Positions 1-10,256 of a stretch of 64,000 bases of DNA are shown here, piece after piece. Source of the DNA: Candidatus Poribacteria bacterium (GTDB lineage: Bacteria; Poribacteria; WGA-4E; PCPOR2b); NCBI GenBank assembly GCA_965198175.1, contig OZ240245.1:960001-1024000 (forward strand), in the 5' to 3' direction. The notes under the pieces are model-generated. The model saw only the letters and a list, made by a program, of their open reading frames with translations, searched no databases and had not been told where the DNA came from. The stretch's first letter is position 1; each line of letters starts with the position of its first letter. The position numbers were made by a program, and so were the translations under genes.

Positions 1-684
1 TATCTCCTCAATGAAAGAAGCTACAAGGCGATGCTCCCCAGCGCACTTCGGGCGGACATCGAACCGCTGTTTGACCATTTGCGGGCGAAACGATCAGAAG
101 CGTTAAAGGGTGTTGTTAGCAACCTGAACTCCAAACAGCTTTTGCGGACGCTGCGGGATTGGGAAGCCTTCTTAAACGAACCGTCGAAGAATTCTCCAAG
201 CGCACTCAACGCAGCCGTTCCAATAATAAATCTTGCGCAGAAAAGAATCTACAAGAAATACCGGAATGTCGTGAAACTAGGACGCCTCATCCTTCAGAAT
301 ACTAGAGACGACTTGTTACATCAACTCAGGATCGAATGCAAAAAACTCCGGTACTTAATGGAGTTCTTTTCCAGTCTATTTCCCTATCCAAAAATTAGTA
401 TTTTGATAAGCCAATTCAAAAATTTGCAAGATAACCTAGGGAATTTACAGGATGTGTGTGTTCAGGACGAATATCTTCAGACGATTACTGATGAACTGCC
501 CATAACAGACGCGAAGTCCAAAAGAACAATTCTGGCGATTGGCAGTCTAATCGGAACATTGAGCCGCAAAAAACAGACCGCGAGAGCGTCATTTTTCAAA
601 ATTTTCACCGACTTCGCTTCCGCTTCAAACAGAGAGTTGTTCCGCGCACTTTTCGCTTCAGAAAAGAGTGAGGTTGTTGAATGA
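1..684 (+). CDS. CHAD-domain protein (5'-partial; frame open from base 1)
   Basis: LHQLRIECKKLRYLMEFF and LQDNLGNLQD motifs typical of CHAD (polyphosphate-binding) domains. Confidence 0.85.
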   Translation, partial: YLLNERSYKAMLPSALRADIEPLFDHLRAKRSEALKGVVSNLNSKQLLRTLRDWEAFLNEPSKNSPSALNAAVPIINLAQKRIYKKYRNVVKLGRLILQNTRDDLLHQLRIECKKLRYLMEFFSSLFPYPKISILISQFKNLQDNLGNLQDVCVQDEYLQTITDELPITDAKSKRTILAIGSLIGTLSRKKQTARASFFKIFTDFASASNRELFRALFASEKSEVVE

Positions 685-1445
685 AAACACTAGCCATCTA
701 CAGTAATAAAGGTGGAGTCGGAAAGACTGCAACAACCGTCAACCTATCATATTTAGCCGCGCGAGCAGGACTTAAAACCTTAATCTGTGATCTGGATGCG
801 CAAAGTTCGGCGACATTTTATCTTCGAGTCAAACCCAAGCTCAAATCAAAGACAAATGGGTTCATTAAAGGCGGTAAGCGGATCGAAAGAAATATCAAAG
901 GTACGGATTACGACAATTTGGATCTGCTGCCCGCGGACTTCACGCATCGAAATTTAGCGGTTACTTTTCATAAATTGAAGCGTTCAAAACGGCGGCTGAA
1001 TCGGATTCTAGAACCTCTTCGAGATGAATACGATTTAATCACGCTGGACTGCCCGTGTACCATCGATCTCCTTGCGGAAAATATATTCGATGCCGCGGAC
1101 TCACTCCTCGTTCCACTAATTCCAACCACACTGTCCGTGCGCACGCACAAACAGTTACTCGCGTTCCTTGAGAACAGTGGATATGACTTGGATAACATAT
1201 TCACCTTTTTTTCGATGGTCGACAAGCGAAAAAAGATTCACCATGAGCTCATGGAAGAAGCGTTACGGGAGTTCAGTGGTGTTCTGCAGTCCGCCATTCC
1301 GTATCTGTCCCATGTCGAAAGAATGGGAATTAAACGAGAGCCAGTCTCGGTCTTTGCCCCCAAATCCATCGCTGCAATATCGTATCAAAACCTATGGGAA
1401 GAGATTAAAGCGCTTCGTCTGAATCGAAAAAGAATTGGAAAGTAA
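681..1445 (+). CDS. ParA/Soj-family ATPase
   Basis: Deviant Walker A KGGVGKT, DLDAQ, LDCP; ATGA overlap with CHAD gene. Confidence 0.9.
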   Translation: MKTLAIYSNKGGVGKTATTVNLSYLAARAGLKTLICDLDAQSSATFYLRVKPKLKSKTNGFIKGGKRIERNIKGTDYDNLDLLPADFTHRNLAVTFHKLKRSKRRLNRILEPLRDEYDLITLDCPCTIDLLAENIFDAADSLLVPLIPTTLSVRTHKQLLAFLENSGYDLDNIFTFFSMVDKRKKIHHELMEEALREFSGVLQSAIPYLSHVERMGIKREPVSVFAPKSIAAISYQNLWEEIKALRLNRKRIGK

Positions 1446-1524
1446 GGGGATTCACAAGATCAAACGCGCCTTCTCCGAGGATTGTCGTCCCAACTTCGTT
1501 ATCTAGAACCAAAGCACATTGACA

Positions 1525-2958
1525 ATGATACATGTCCCGATTCTACGAGCCGGATGCCCTTATCGTAGTTTGAACGTCCTTCGCGTGTCGCACGTCCAAA
1601 CAGGCGAACCTATCGCTATGGTGAGTCAGGCAAATCGAGGGTTGATTGCCAAGGACTTAGTCACAGCCGCCGATCACAAACGTGCCCTTGAGACGCTTTC
1701 CGTTGCGGAACTGTTGGCAATCTGTAAAAGAGCCGCCCGTTTCTTCATGGAATCGGATCTGCCGCTGGGCGCCGATCTACAATCGCCCCTCGATTATATT
1801 CGACAGCTTTCTGGGACGACGGGTATGCCGGAGAGCCTCTGCCGAAAAAATATGAACAAGATTCGGACGGTTCTGGAAGAGATGGAAGCTGTTCTGGGGG
1901 GATTGACACGCGGGCTGGATGTATCCATTCTCGACTCCGGTTGGGGCATCCAAGATAAACGTCCCTTGAGCTACGTTCGTCAAACGAATATGTTGGGTGC
2001 GGTGCTGCCTAGTAACTCACCAGGCGTGCATTCGCTCTGGCTGCCAGCCATTCCGATGAAAACGCCGCTCGTTCTCAAGCCGGGGCGCGAGGAACCCTGG
2101 ACACCTTTGCGCATCGCGCAGGCTTTTATCGCAGCGGACTGTCCCCCTGAAGCGTTCGGGTTTTATCCAACGGACTACTCGGGCGCCGCCGAAATTTTAC
2201 TTCGCAGTGGTCGGTCAATGCTGTTCGGTGGCGAATCGACCGTAGCGCCATGGAAAACGGATCCGCGGGTGCAAATTCATGGGCCAGGACGAAGTAAGTT
2301 CATCATCGCGGAAGACAAGATCTCAGATTGGGAAGATTATTCGGGTCTTATGGTCACTTCCATCGTCGATAACGGTGGTAGGTCCTGTATTAACGCCTCC
2401 GGAATCTGGGTGCCAGCCCATGGTCGTGAAATTGCAGCTGCTTTAGCAAACCAATTGGCGCAAATCGACGCCCAACCGTTGGCTGATTCGAACGCGCAGA
2501 TCGCCGCTTTTACGAATCCGAAATTCGCACATCAGCTCTCAAGTCTCATCGACGATCAACTGAAAACGCCCGGTGCAGTAGATTTGACAGCCGAAGTTCG
2601 AGGGAACGGAAGACTTGTTGAAAAAGCAGGTTGTACGTATCTTCTCCCAACTGTAATCTGGTGTGAAAACCCTGAACATCCGCTGGCGAACACAGAATAC
2701 TTGTTCCCCTTCGTCAGTGTCGTCGAAGCACCGCAACCGGAGATATTGAATCGTATCGGATCAACCTTAGTAGTGAGCGCCATCACTGAGGACGAAGAGT
2801 TTATTGATGACCTGCTTTGCTCCACTGATGTGGAACGCCTTAATTTAGGGGCGATTTGCACAAATCAAATCTCTTGGGATCAGCCCCACGAGGGAAATCT
2901 GTTTGAGCACCTTTATCGCCAACGGGCGTTTCAGATGACCGGTACGAGCCGTGGCTGA
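1525..2958 (+). CDS. Aldehyde dehydrogenase-family protein (atypical, acyl-CoA reductase-like)
   Basis: LPSN, LKP, GGRSCIN catalytic Cys, EYLFP motifs; start could be TTG 1519. Confidence 0.8.
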   Translation: MIHVPILRAGCPYRSLNVLRVSHVQTGEPIAMVSQANRGLIAKDLVTAADHKRALETLSVAELLAICKRAARFFMESDLPLGADLQSPLDYIRQLSGTTGMPESLCRKNMNKIRTVLEEMEAVLGGLTRGLDVSILDSGWGIQDKRPLSYVRQTNMLGAVLPSNSPGVHSLWLPAIPMKTPLVLKPGREEPWTPLRIAQAFIAADCPPEAFGFYPTDYSGAAEILLRSGRSMLFGGESTVAPWKTDPRVQIHGPGRSKFIIAEDKISDWEDYSGLMVTSIVDNGGRSCINASGIWVPAHGREIAAALANQLAQIDAQPLADSNAQIAAFTNPKFAHQLSSLIDDQLKTPGAVDLTAEVRGNGRLVEKAGCTYLLPTVIWCENPEHPLANTEYLFPFVSVVEAPQPEILNRIGSTLVVSAITEDEEFIDDLLCSTDVERLNLGAICTNQISWDQPHEGNLFEHLYRQRAFQMTGTSRG

Positions 2959-3061
2959 CAGCGATTCGTGGAAACAATGATTGGAGAGCAAAGTGACTTG
3001 CCACTTGAACTTAGAATCGGATTGAGTCAGCCTGGCGTCCATTTCTTAATTGCTATCAACA

Positions 3062-4171
3062 ATGCAACATTTCGATTTTCAACCTAGTACGCGTGTCATC
3101 TACGGCGAGAATACACTCGTTCAGTTGGGTGGTTTGGCAAGGGCGCTGGGAGGGGCTCGCGTTCTGGTTGTGTCCGACCACGGCGTCGTTAGTGCCGGTA
3201 TTGTGGACAACGCGCTCCATTCGCTGAAGCAGGAATCTCTAGAGGTCTCTGTTTTTGATGGCGTAGAAGAGAATCCGACGACGCGGCACGTTGAATCCGG
3301 AGTTCGGTACGCCAAAGCACACGGGCGAATCGATCTCATAGTCGGAATAGGTGGCGGCAGCGCTATGGACTGCGCCAAAGGCGTCAACTTCTTGCTCACT
3401 AACGGTGGGGTCATGGAGGATTATTGGGGCGAAGGCAAAGCATTCAAGCCTATGCTCCCCTCCATCGGCATCCCGACCACCGCGGGCACGGGCAGCGAAG
3501 CCCAGTCTTTTGCATTAATCGCCCAAGAGGGTACCCACCAGAAGATGGCGTGCGGCGACAAAAAAGCCCGATTTCGAACCGTTATTCTCGATCCGGTTTT
3601 GACATCAAGCGTCCCAAAACACGTGGCGGCGGCGACAGGCATTGATGCGATCGCCCACGCTGTGGAAAGTTATGTTTCGACGAAGCGAAATCCCATCTCG
3701 CAGATATTTGCCAGAGAGGCATGGCGCCTGCTGGAGGGAAGCTTTGAAGCTGTTTTAAGCGATCCAGGAAACATAGAAGCCCAAGGTCGAATGCTGCTGG
3801 GTGCGCATCTAGCGGGCGCTGCGATAGAAAACTCCATGCTCGGCGCAGCGCATGCCTGCGCCAATCCTCTGACCGGTAGATATGGGGTCATTCACGGCGT
3901 TGCGGTCGGATTGATGCTTCCACAGGTGATTGAATTCAATAGTCAGATGGTAGACATGCTTTATCGAGAACTGTGTCCTTTGCCCTTGCATGATCGCATT
4001 ATCGAATTGAAAAACGCAGCGGGGTTGCCGGAACAACTGAGAGAGTTCCAAATTGACAAAGTGGAATTGCCCAATTTGGCGAAGGAAGCCGCGAAGCAAT
4101 GGACCGGGCAATTTAACCCACGACGAGTTGGGGAAGTCGAATTGCTGGAACTTTATGAGGCAGCGTACTGA
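3062..4171 (+). CDS. Iron-containing alcohol dehydrogenase
   Basis: GGGSAMDCAK, PTTAGTGSE, DAIAHAVE, HACAN and HGVAV metal ligands. Confidence 0.92.
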   Translation: MQHFDFQPSTRVIYGENTLVQLGGLARALGGARVLVVSDHGVVSAGIVDNALHSLKQESLEVSVFDGVEENPTTRHVESGVRYAKAHGRIDLIVGIGGGSAMDCAKGVNFLLTNGGVMEDYWGEGKAFKPMLPSIGIPTTAGTGSEAQSFALIAQEGTHQKMACGDKKARFRTVILDPVLTSSVPKHVAAATGIDAIAHAVESYVSTKRNPISQIFAREAWRLLEGSFEAVLSDPGNIEAQGRMLLGAHLAGAAIENSMLGAAHACANPLTGRYGVIHGVAVGLMLPQVIEFNSQMVDMLYRELCPLPLHDRIIELKNAAGLPEQLREFQIDKVELPNLAKEAAKQWTGQFNPRRVGEVELLELYEAAY

Positions 4172-4191
4172 TCCAGAGCGCGATGTGACTT

Positions 4192-4226
4192 GAAACCGAG
4201 TTTTTTCTTGAAAACTCGGTTTCTGT
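4192..4226. repeat. Palindromic intergenic repeat GAAACCGAG-N14-CTCGGTTTC
   Basis: Near-identical copy at about 10154-10186 and partial copy at about 10007-10031. Confidence 0.7.
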
Positions 4227-4282
4227 AACCGGTCAGTATGGGGTGGAACCCCAAATATTCGTGCACTAAAATCCGAGAATTG

Positions 4283-5488
4283 ATGAACGACAACGATATA
4301 TCAAATGTCGATACGAGCAAACGGAGCCTGTTTTCGGCTATCATTCTAGGTACGAGTCTATGTTGCATCTTTACACTTGATGGACAAAGCCGAGCCATTG
4401 CTGACGACTGGATGAGCTTCCGCGGAAATCCTCAACTCACAGGGGTAGCCGTCGACGTTCTCCCTGAAGCCCCCCAACTGCTCTGGACGTTCGAGACAGG
4501 AGAGGGCATTGAGTCAACCGCCGCGATTTTTGCGGGAACGGTTTATGTGGGGGCTTTAGACGGAAACCTTTACGCCATAAACCTTGAAAACGGAACATTG
4601 AAGTGGAAATATCGTGCAGCCGATCAAATTAAATCGTCGCCAGCCGTGTTTAGAAAAACGGTCTATTTTGGTGATGAGATGGGTGTTTTTCATGCCGTGG
4701 ATGCCGAAACTGGTCAACAAAGATGGATTTTTCGCACTGATGGTGGTATAATTTCATCTGCGAATTTTTCCGGCGATTCTGTGTTGTTCGGCTCGTATGA
4801 CCAGTATCTTTACTGCGTTTCCGCGGACGACGGGGCTTTAGTCTGGAAATTTGAGACCGAAGGGTACGTTCACGGCACGCCAACGATAGTGGATGTAGGG
4901 CACAATGGCAGCTTGCCCTATCCGAATGATGTTGTGGTTACGACAGGCTGTGACGGTTTTCTGCGGGTCATAAGCGTGCTCAGTGGCGAAGAAAATAACA
5001 AAATACCGTTGGGCGACTACGTTGCTGCTAGCCCTGCTGTTCTGAAGACGCGAGCCTATGTCGGAACATTTGGTAGCCAAGTCCTAGGTATCGACCTAAA
5101 ACATACCGAAATCCTCTGGAATTACGAGCCCCCAAAGGGCGGCTTCCCATTCTATGCGTCAGCCGCTGTGACGAACGACGTGGTAATCGTTGGCGGTCGG
5201 GACAAGCGCGTGCATGCGCTCAAACCGGAGACAGGCGAACCCTTGTGGACGTATCCAACCAAAGCGCGAGTCGATTCCTCACCGGTTATCGTCGGAAATC
5301 GGGTTCTCTTTGGAACAGTGGGCGGTGTCATATTCGCGCTCGACCTCAACACAGGAGAACCGGTTTGGCAGTTCGTTACAGGGTCGTCTATTGTTGCATC
5401 TCCATGCGTTGCCAGTGGGAAACTTGTGATCGGCTCGGACGATGGAGTCCTATACTGCTTTGGGAGAGGAAAGCCAAACGATGAGTGA
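4283..5488 (+). CDS. PQQ-like (BamB-type) beta-propeller protein, secreted
   Basis: Signal peptide, W-x-x-FRGN start, repeated WxFxT...SSP...V.FG..DG blades; start uncertain (4238 or 4283). Confidence 0.85.
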   Translation: MNDNDISNVDTSKRSLFSAIILGTSLCCIFTLDGQSRAIADDWMSFRGNPQLTGVAVDVLPEAPQLLWTFETGEGIESTAAIFAGTVYVGALDGNLYAINLENGTLKWKYRAADQIKSSPAVFRKTVYFGDEMGVFHAVDAETGQQRWIFRTDGGIISSANFSGDSVLFGSYDQYLYCVSADDGALVWKFETEGYVHGTPTIVDVGHNGSLPYPNDVVVTTGCDGFLRVISVLSGEENNKIPLGDYVAASPAVLKTRAYVGTFGSQVLGIDLKHTEILWNYEPPKGGFPFYASAAVTNDVVIVGGRDKRVHALKPETGEPLWTYPTKARVDSSPVIVGNRVLFGTVGGVIFALDLNTGEPVWQFVTGSSIVASPCVASGKLVIGSDDGVLYCFGRGKPNDE

Positions 5489-6836
5489 ACAAGTGGAAGT
5501 GATGAAACCCGAACCGGCGACCGCGCGGCGGGATTCGAAGGAAACTCAAGTCGGTAGCGTCTTCGTTTCAAATTATCCGCCATATTCTTTCTGGCGAAAA
5601 GACAACATCCCAGTGTTGATGGATGTCTTAAATTCCTCAACGGAATCTCCCGTTGCAACGCCGTTGGGACTCTACCTCCATATTCCGTTCTGCCGCAAAC
5701 GCTGTAAATTCTGTTATTTCCGCGTCTACACCGATAAAAACAGCTCGGATATTCAAACCTATCTTGAGGCGTTAGCAGTGGAAGTTACGCTCCACAGTAA
5801 AATGCCAAGAGTGCTTGGACGCCCTTTGGCGTTCGTTTATTTTGGGGGTGGGACGCCATCTTACATCAGCGTCAAGCATCTGAAGTCGCTTGTCAATCGT
5901 CTTAAAGACGCGATTCCTTGGGATCACGCCGAAGAAATCGCTTTCGAATGTGAACCCGGCACCTTGACACAGTCCAAACTAGTCGCTATCAAAGAAATCG
6001 GCGTCACCCGCTTGAGCCTTGGGGTTGAGAATTTAAATGATGAAATTTTAGAAGAAAACGGTAGAGCTCATCTGTCCAAAGAGGTTTATGCAGTTGTTCC
6101 CTGGATAAAAGACTTGGAATTCGATCAAGTCAATATAGATCTAATTGCAGGCATGGTGGGCGAGACGTGGACGAGTTGGCGGGATACTGTGAAGAGAACG
6201 ATTGACTTGAATCCGGACAGCATCACCGTGTATCAGATGGAACTCCCATTTAACACCGTTTACTCAAACGACATCCTCGATGGAGGAACGGATCTATCTG
6301 TGGCGAATTGGAAGACGAAGCGCGAGTGGCATCACTATGCGTTTGAGCAATTCGCCGCGGCGGGGTATGAGAGTTCCAGCGCCTACACGATGGTAAAAAA
6401 GGGTAGCCCCCTAAAGTTTGTCTACCGAGATGCCGTCTGGCACGGCTGTGACATGATTGGCGCCGGCGTTGCCTCGTTCTCACACGTCGGCGGCGTGCAT
6501 TTCCAAAATGTCGCCGCGTGGAACGAATATATACGGTTGCTTGATGCCAATCAGTTGCCGCTTGACCGAGCGTTTCCCACGAACCCCAGAGAACAGTTGA
6601 TACGAGAGATGATACTACAACTAAAATTAGGGAAAATCCAGACCGACTATTTTCAGGATAAATTCGGGGCGGACATTTCGGAACTGTTTGGTTCAACTTA
6701 CGAAAAACTGCGGGATGAAGGAATGCTGACCTTCACGAGCGAGGAAATCAAGTTGACCCGAAAGGGGTTGCTGCAAGTCGACCAACTGTTGCCGGAATTT
6801 TATCAGCCCCAGTATCGGAATGCGCGGTACACGTGA
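5481..6836 (+). CDS. HemN/HemW-like radical SAM protein
   Basis: YLHIPFCRKRCKFCYF CxxxCxxC, YFGGGTPS, RLSLG; ATG 5481 follows GAGG. Confidence 0.88.
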   Translation: MSEQVEVMKPEPATARRDSKETQVGSVFVSNYPPYSFWRKDNIPVLMDVLNSSTESPVATPLGLYLHIPFCRKRCKFCYFRVYTDKNSSDIQTYLEALAVEVTLHSKMPRVLGRPLAFVYFGGGTPSYISVKHLKSLVNRLKDAIPWDHAEEIAFECEPGTLTQSKLVAIKEIGVTRLSLGVENLNDEILEENGRAHLSKEVYAVVPWIKDLEFDQVNIDLIAGMVGETWTSWRDTVKRTIDLNPDSITVYQMELPFNTVYSNDILDGGTDLSVANWKTKREWHHYAFEQFAAAGYESSSAYTMVKKGSPLKFVYRDAVWHGCDMIGAGVASFSHVGGVHFQNVAAWNEYIRLLDANQLPLDRAFPTNPREQLIREMILQLKLGKIQTDYFQDKFGADISELFGSTYEKLRDEGMLTFTSEEIKLTRKGLLQVDQLLPEFYQPQYRNARYT

Positions 6837-6845
6837 TGAGTCACA

Positions 6846-6938
6846 ATCAATTGAGCGAATAGATCAAGCGAACGAATAGTGAGTGCGATAGTTTTGGCGT
6901 CGGTGAAGACTATCGCCTTCACTGTCCGCTCAGTTGAT
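6846..6938. repeat. MITE/REP-like palindromic element built of GATCAA-x-YGA-x-CGAATAG units
   Basis: Outer IR ATCAATTGAGCG/CGCTCAGTTGAT and inner GCGATAGT/ACTATCGC; related units at about 11016-11135, 13153-13300 and 16030-16112. Confidence 0.6.
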
Positions 6939-6978
6939 CGCTACGATTACATCTAATACTAATTAAAAGGTGATATTT

Positions 6979-8781
6979 ATGTTTCAATCAGTCAACGGCA
7001 TCATTATTGCCGTGCTTTCACTCGGATTCCTTATTTTTATTCATGAGCTTGGGCATTTCCTCGCTGCGAAGCGATGCGGAATCCGAGTTGAGAAATTCTC
7101 TATCGGGTTTGGTCCCAAACTTATCGGCTTCACGAAGGACGAAACCGAATACTGCATCTCGCTACTGCCGTTTGGTGGATTCGTGAAGATGACCGGGGAG
7201 AACCCTGAAGAACGTACCGGCGCACCGGGAGAATTCTTGTCCGCGCCAGTGGAACACCGCATGTTTGTTGCGATTGCCGGTCCCGCGATGAACTTCGCGT
7301 TCGGAATCATCATCTTCTCACTAATATATCTGGTCGCAGGGAATTATGTCCGAAGCTCTACGGAAACTACGCAGATCGGGTACGTTGCCGATGACAGCCC
7401 CGCAAAGCTCGCCGGAATCCGCCCCGGTGACCGGATTGTTGCCATCAACGGACACCGTTTGCAAACGTGGGAAGATTTACATATAAGAGTTATTACCCAA
7501 CCTGAAAAAGAACTCGAAATTGAAATTATTCGCGATGGTCAAAGACAGACGCTAACAGTAGTTCCGAGAGTTCAGAAAATTAAGGCCCGTGAAATCGGAC
7601 GTATTGGCGTGTCGCCAAAACAGGATGCGGAGGTTTATTGGGTTGTGGACGGGAGTTCGGCGGCGGCAGCCGGAATCCAAGTCGGCGACTTTATCGATGC
7701 TATCAATGGAGAACATATCCATTCGCATCCGGATTTCTACATCGCTGCGAAACAATTCCACGGAAGTGAAGTTACACTCCGCGTTAAACGAGGATTAATC
7801 TTCGCACTTGAGCTGGATCGGCGAGGCGAACTGGACGATGGCAAGATTCCGAGCGCCTTACGAAGTGCATTTCGCAATAACGATGTCGCCTTGTCCCAGA
7901 ACCCGGTTGTCTCAACGCTTTCTCCGAACGAGAGTTGGACGATTTCCGATAAGGATCAAACTTTCGTAGTTAGAGCGGATGGGCGGAAGTTAAACATCTA
8001 CGAACGTGGCGGCGAACTACTAGAGGTAACCTTGAACGCCGATGCGAAACTCATTGTCGCGGGGGTTAAGAAGGGGAGCGCAGCCGAAAAAGCCGGTGTG
8101 AAGATCGGAGATGAGTTCGTCTCAGTAAACGATGAGTCCGTGCACAAGCTCAACCGCGGTGAGGAGTTGCAAGAACTACTAACGCGTGCCAATCCCAATC
8201 AGTCTATTCAGCTTGAATTCCGCCGCGGTGATGAGACACTTCGAGCAGCGGTGCCGGCGGGCAATGCGGGCAATCCGATAGAGGGTTGGGGGTTGACCGT
8301 CAACACGTGGGTTAGCGGTATTCAACTGACCGAACCGGGACGCGTGGAAAAATATAACATCATTACCGCGTGGGGACGTGGGTTCGGGGAGAGTTGGTCG
8401 ATTGTCGCGAAGGCGTTTTCTCTCCTCGGTGGTCTCATCAGCTTCGATGTCTCTCCAAAGCTGCTCGCTGGACCGATTGGCATTGTGAGCGCAACCGCTG
8501 AAACTGCTCGGTTAGGTCTCCGTGGTCTGCTCTACTTTGTCGCATTCATCAGCATCAACCTAGCGATCGTTAATCTACTGCCAATTCCAATCGCCGATGG
8601 CGGTCAGATTCTTTTCTTTGCGCTTGAAAAATTGCGAGGAAAGCCGCTAAGCGTTCGGAAGCAGATGCTTATTCTGCAAATCAGTGTTGGCTTCATCATC
8701 GGACTGTTTTTGTATATCTCATGGTATGACATTCTGGGTCTTGAGATCGTGGATCGGATCATCAGATTTCTTCGCGTATAA
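6979..8781 (+). CDS. rseP: RIP metalloprotease RseP (M50) with multiple PDZ domains
   Basis: HELGH, FSIGFG, GGFVKM, AGPAMN, NLLPIPIADGG; three PDZ-like GIxxGD repeats. Confidence 0.92.
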   Translation: MFQSVNGIIIAVLSLGFLIFIHELGHFLAAKRCGIRVEKFSIGFGPKLIGFTKDETEYCISLLPFGGFVKMTGENPEERTGAPGEFLSAPVEHRMFVAIAGPAMNFAFGIIIFSLIYLVAGNYVRSSTETTQIGYVADDSPAKLAGIRPGDRIVAINGHRLQTWEDLHIRVITQPEKELEIEIIRDGQRQTLTVVPRVQKIKAREIGRIGVSPKQDAEVYWVVDGSSAAAAGIQVGDFIDAINGEHIHSHPDFYIAAKQFHGSEVTLRVKRGLIFALELDRRGELDDGKIPSALRSAFRNNDVALSQNPVVSTLSPNESWTISDKDQTFVVRADGRKLNIYERGGELLEVTLNADAKLIVAGVKKGSAAEKAGVKIGDEFVSVNDESVHKLNRGEELQELLTRANPNQSIQLEFRRGDETLRAAVPAGNAGNPIEGWGLTVNTWVSGIQLTEPGRVEKYNIITAWGRGFGESWSIVAKAFSLLGGLISFDVSPKLLAGPIGIVSATAETARLGLRGLLYFVAFISINLAIVNLLPIPIADGGQILFFALEKLRGKPLSVRKQMLILQISVGFIIGLFLYISWYDILGLEIVDRIIRFLRV

Positions 8782-8912
8782 TTTTTAGATATCTCATGGT
8801 CATGACGTACTGGGGCTCCTTGACCGGGCAATCTAGTCAGACCTTAACTGTTAGGCAGCCACATTCACCAATGGGGATCAACACGACGAGATATTGAATT
8901 TATTACCTGACT

Positions 8913-9968
8913 ATGCTTGATTCAACCCGGGTTCGACGCCGCGACCCAAAAAACATGCTTGACCAACTGAAGCGCTTTCCAGAGCAGTGCGTGGAAGCGG
9001 TAGAAATTGTCGAGCAATTCCAACTCGACGGGAGCGCTGAACGGGAGATTCGTAACATTGTTATCGCTGGGATGGGCGGATCCGGAATCGGAGGCGATCT
9101 AGTGAGGGCGGTGCTTGCCAATCACTGCCCAATTCCCATTGCTGTCCATCGAAATTATATTCTGCCCGCGTTCGTTACACCGCAGACGCTTTTCATCGCC
9201 GTTAGCTTCTCCGGTAACACCGAAGAAACCCTAATGTCCGTTGAATCGGCGTATAAGAGTGGGGCGGAGATTCTTGCAATTACAAGCGGCGGTAAACTCG
9301 CGGAATTTGCCGCGCGGCGCCGCATTCCCTGCCTGACGATTCCGGCTCGCGGTCAACCCCGGCCCGCGATCGGCTATCTCTTTTTGCCCATCCTAGCGAT
9401 TTTGGCGCGACTCGGATTTGCGCGGCATCTGGATTTCGTAGACGATACTAAGGAGGCAATTCATCTGTTGTCGCGATTGGTGAGCGGCTTTCAGCCTGAT
9501 GTCGAAGACAGCCTTCCAAAACAGCTTGCCCGCCAGATGCACGGGAAACTGCCAATCATCTATGCGCCGCAAGAACTAGGCGCCGTTGCAATCCGATGGA
9601 CGGGGCAGATAAATGAGAACGCGAAATCGCTGGCATATCACAGCCTGTTGCCTGAGATGAATCACAATGAAATCGAAGGCTGGAAGTTCCCGTCCGATTT
9701 AACGCAACACTGCTATGTGGTGATGCTGCGTGACCAATCCGCCCACAGCCAAACGCAGCGTCGGATGGACATAACCGCAGAACTCATTGAGCGGCACACA
9801 GCCGGTATTGCGCAGGTTCATTCGCAGGGTGAATCGCTGTTGGCGCGGCTCTTCTCATTAATCGTTGTTGGAGACTGGACCAGCTTCTATCTCGCCATAA
9901 TGTACGCACAAGATCCAACCCCTGTCGTTCGGATCCAGGAACTTAAACAGCGGTTGCAAATGCGTTAA
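8913..9968 (+). CDS. Bifunctional phosphoglucose/phosphomannose isomerase
   Basis: GMGGSGIGG, SFSGNTEET, INENAK, PEMNHNEIEG, DPTPV motifs. Confidence 0.9.
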   Translation: MLDSTRVRRRDPKNMLDQLKRFPEQCVEAVEIVEQFQLDGSAEREIRNIVIAGMGGSGIGGDLVRAVLANHCPIPIAVHRNYILPAFVTPQTLFIAVSFSGNTEETLMSVESAYKSGAEILAITSGGKLAEFAARRRIPCLTIPARGQPRPAIGYLFLPILAILARLGFARHLDFVDDTKEAIHLLSRLVSGFQPDVEDSLPKQLARQMHGKLPIIYAPQELGAVAIRWTGQINENAKSLAYHSLLPEMNHNEIEGWKFPSDLTQHCYVVMLRDQSAHSQTQRRMDITAELIERHTAGIAQVHSQGESLLARLFSLIVVGDWTSFYLAIMYAQDPTPVVRIQELKQRLQMR

Positions 9969-10075
9969 ATCGAGACGTATTTAAAGGATGGGTATAGGCG
10001 CTAATAGAAACCGAGTCTTTGCCAAAAACTCTAATGGTCAAGCGAAATACAGATACTCGGGACGTTTCGCTCTTG

Positions 10076-10139
10076 CGCTCCAGCGGAGCGCCATGTTTAT
10101 AGCGGCCTAAAATTTCCAGCCTACTGCTCCAGCGGAGCA
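10076..10139. repeat. Paired GCTCCAGCGGAGC hairpin repeats (REP-like)
   Basis: CGCTCCAGCGGAGCG at 10076-10090 and TGCTCCAGCGGAGCA at 10125-10139. Confidence 0.6.
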
Positions 10140-10256
10140 GCATGTGATTCTTAAAACCGAGTTTTTTCTTTAACACTCGGTTTCTGTTACACGATTACTC
10201 AACATTAAGCTAAATTCTAAGTCGCAAAGCAATCGATACACTACCCACTATTCGTC

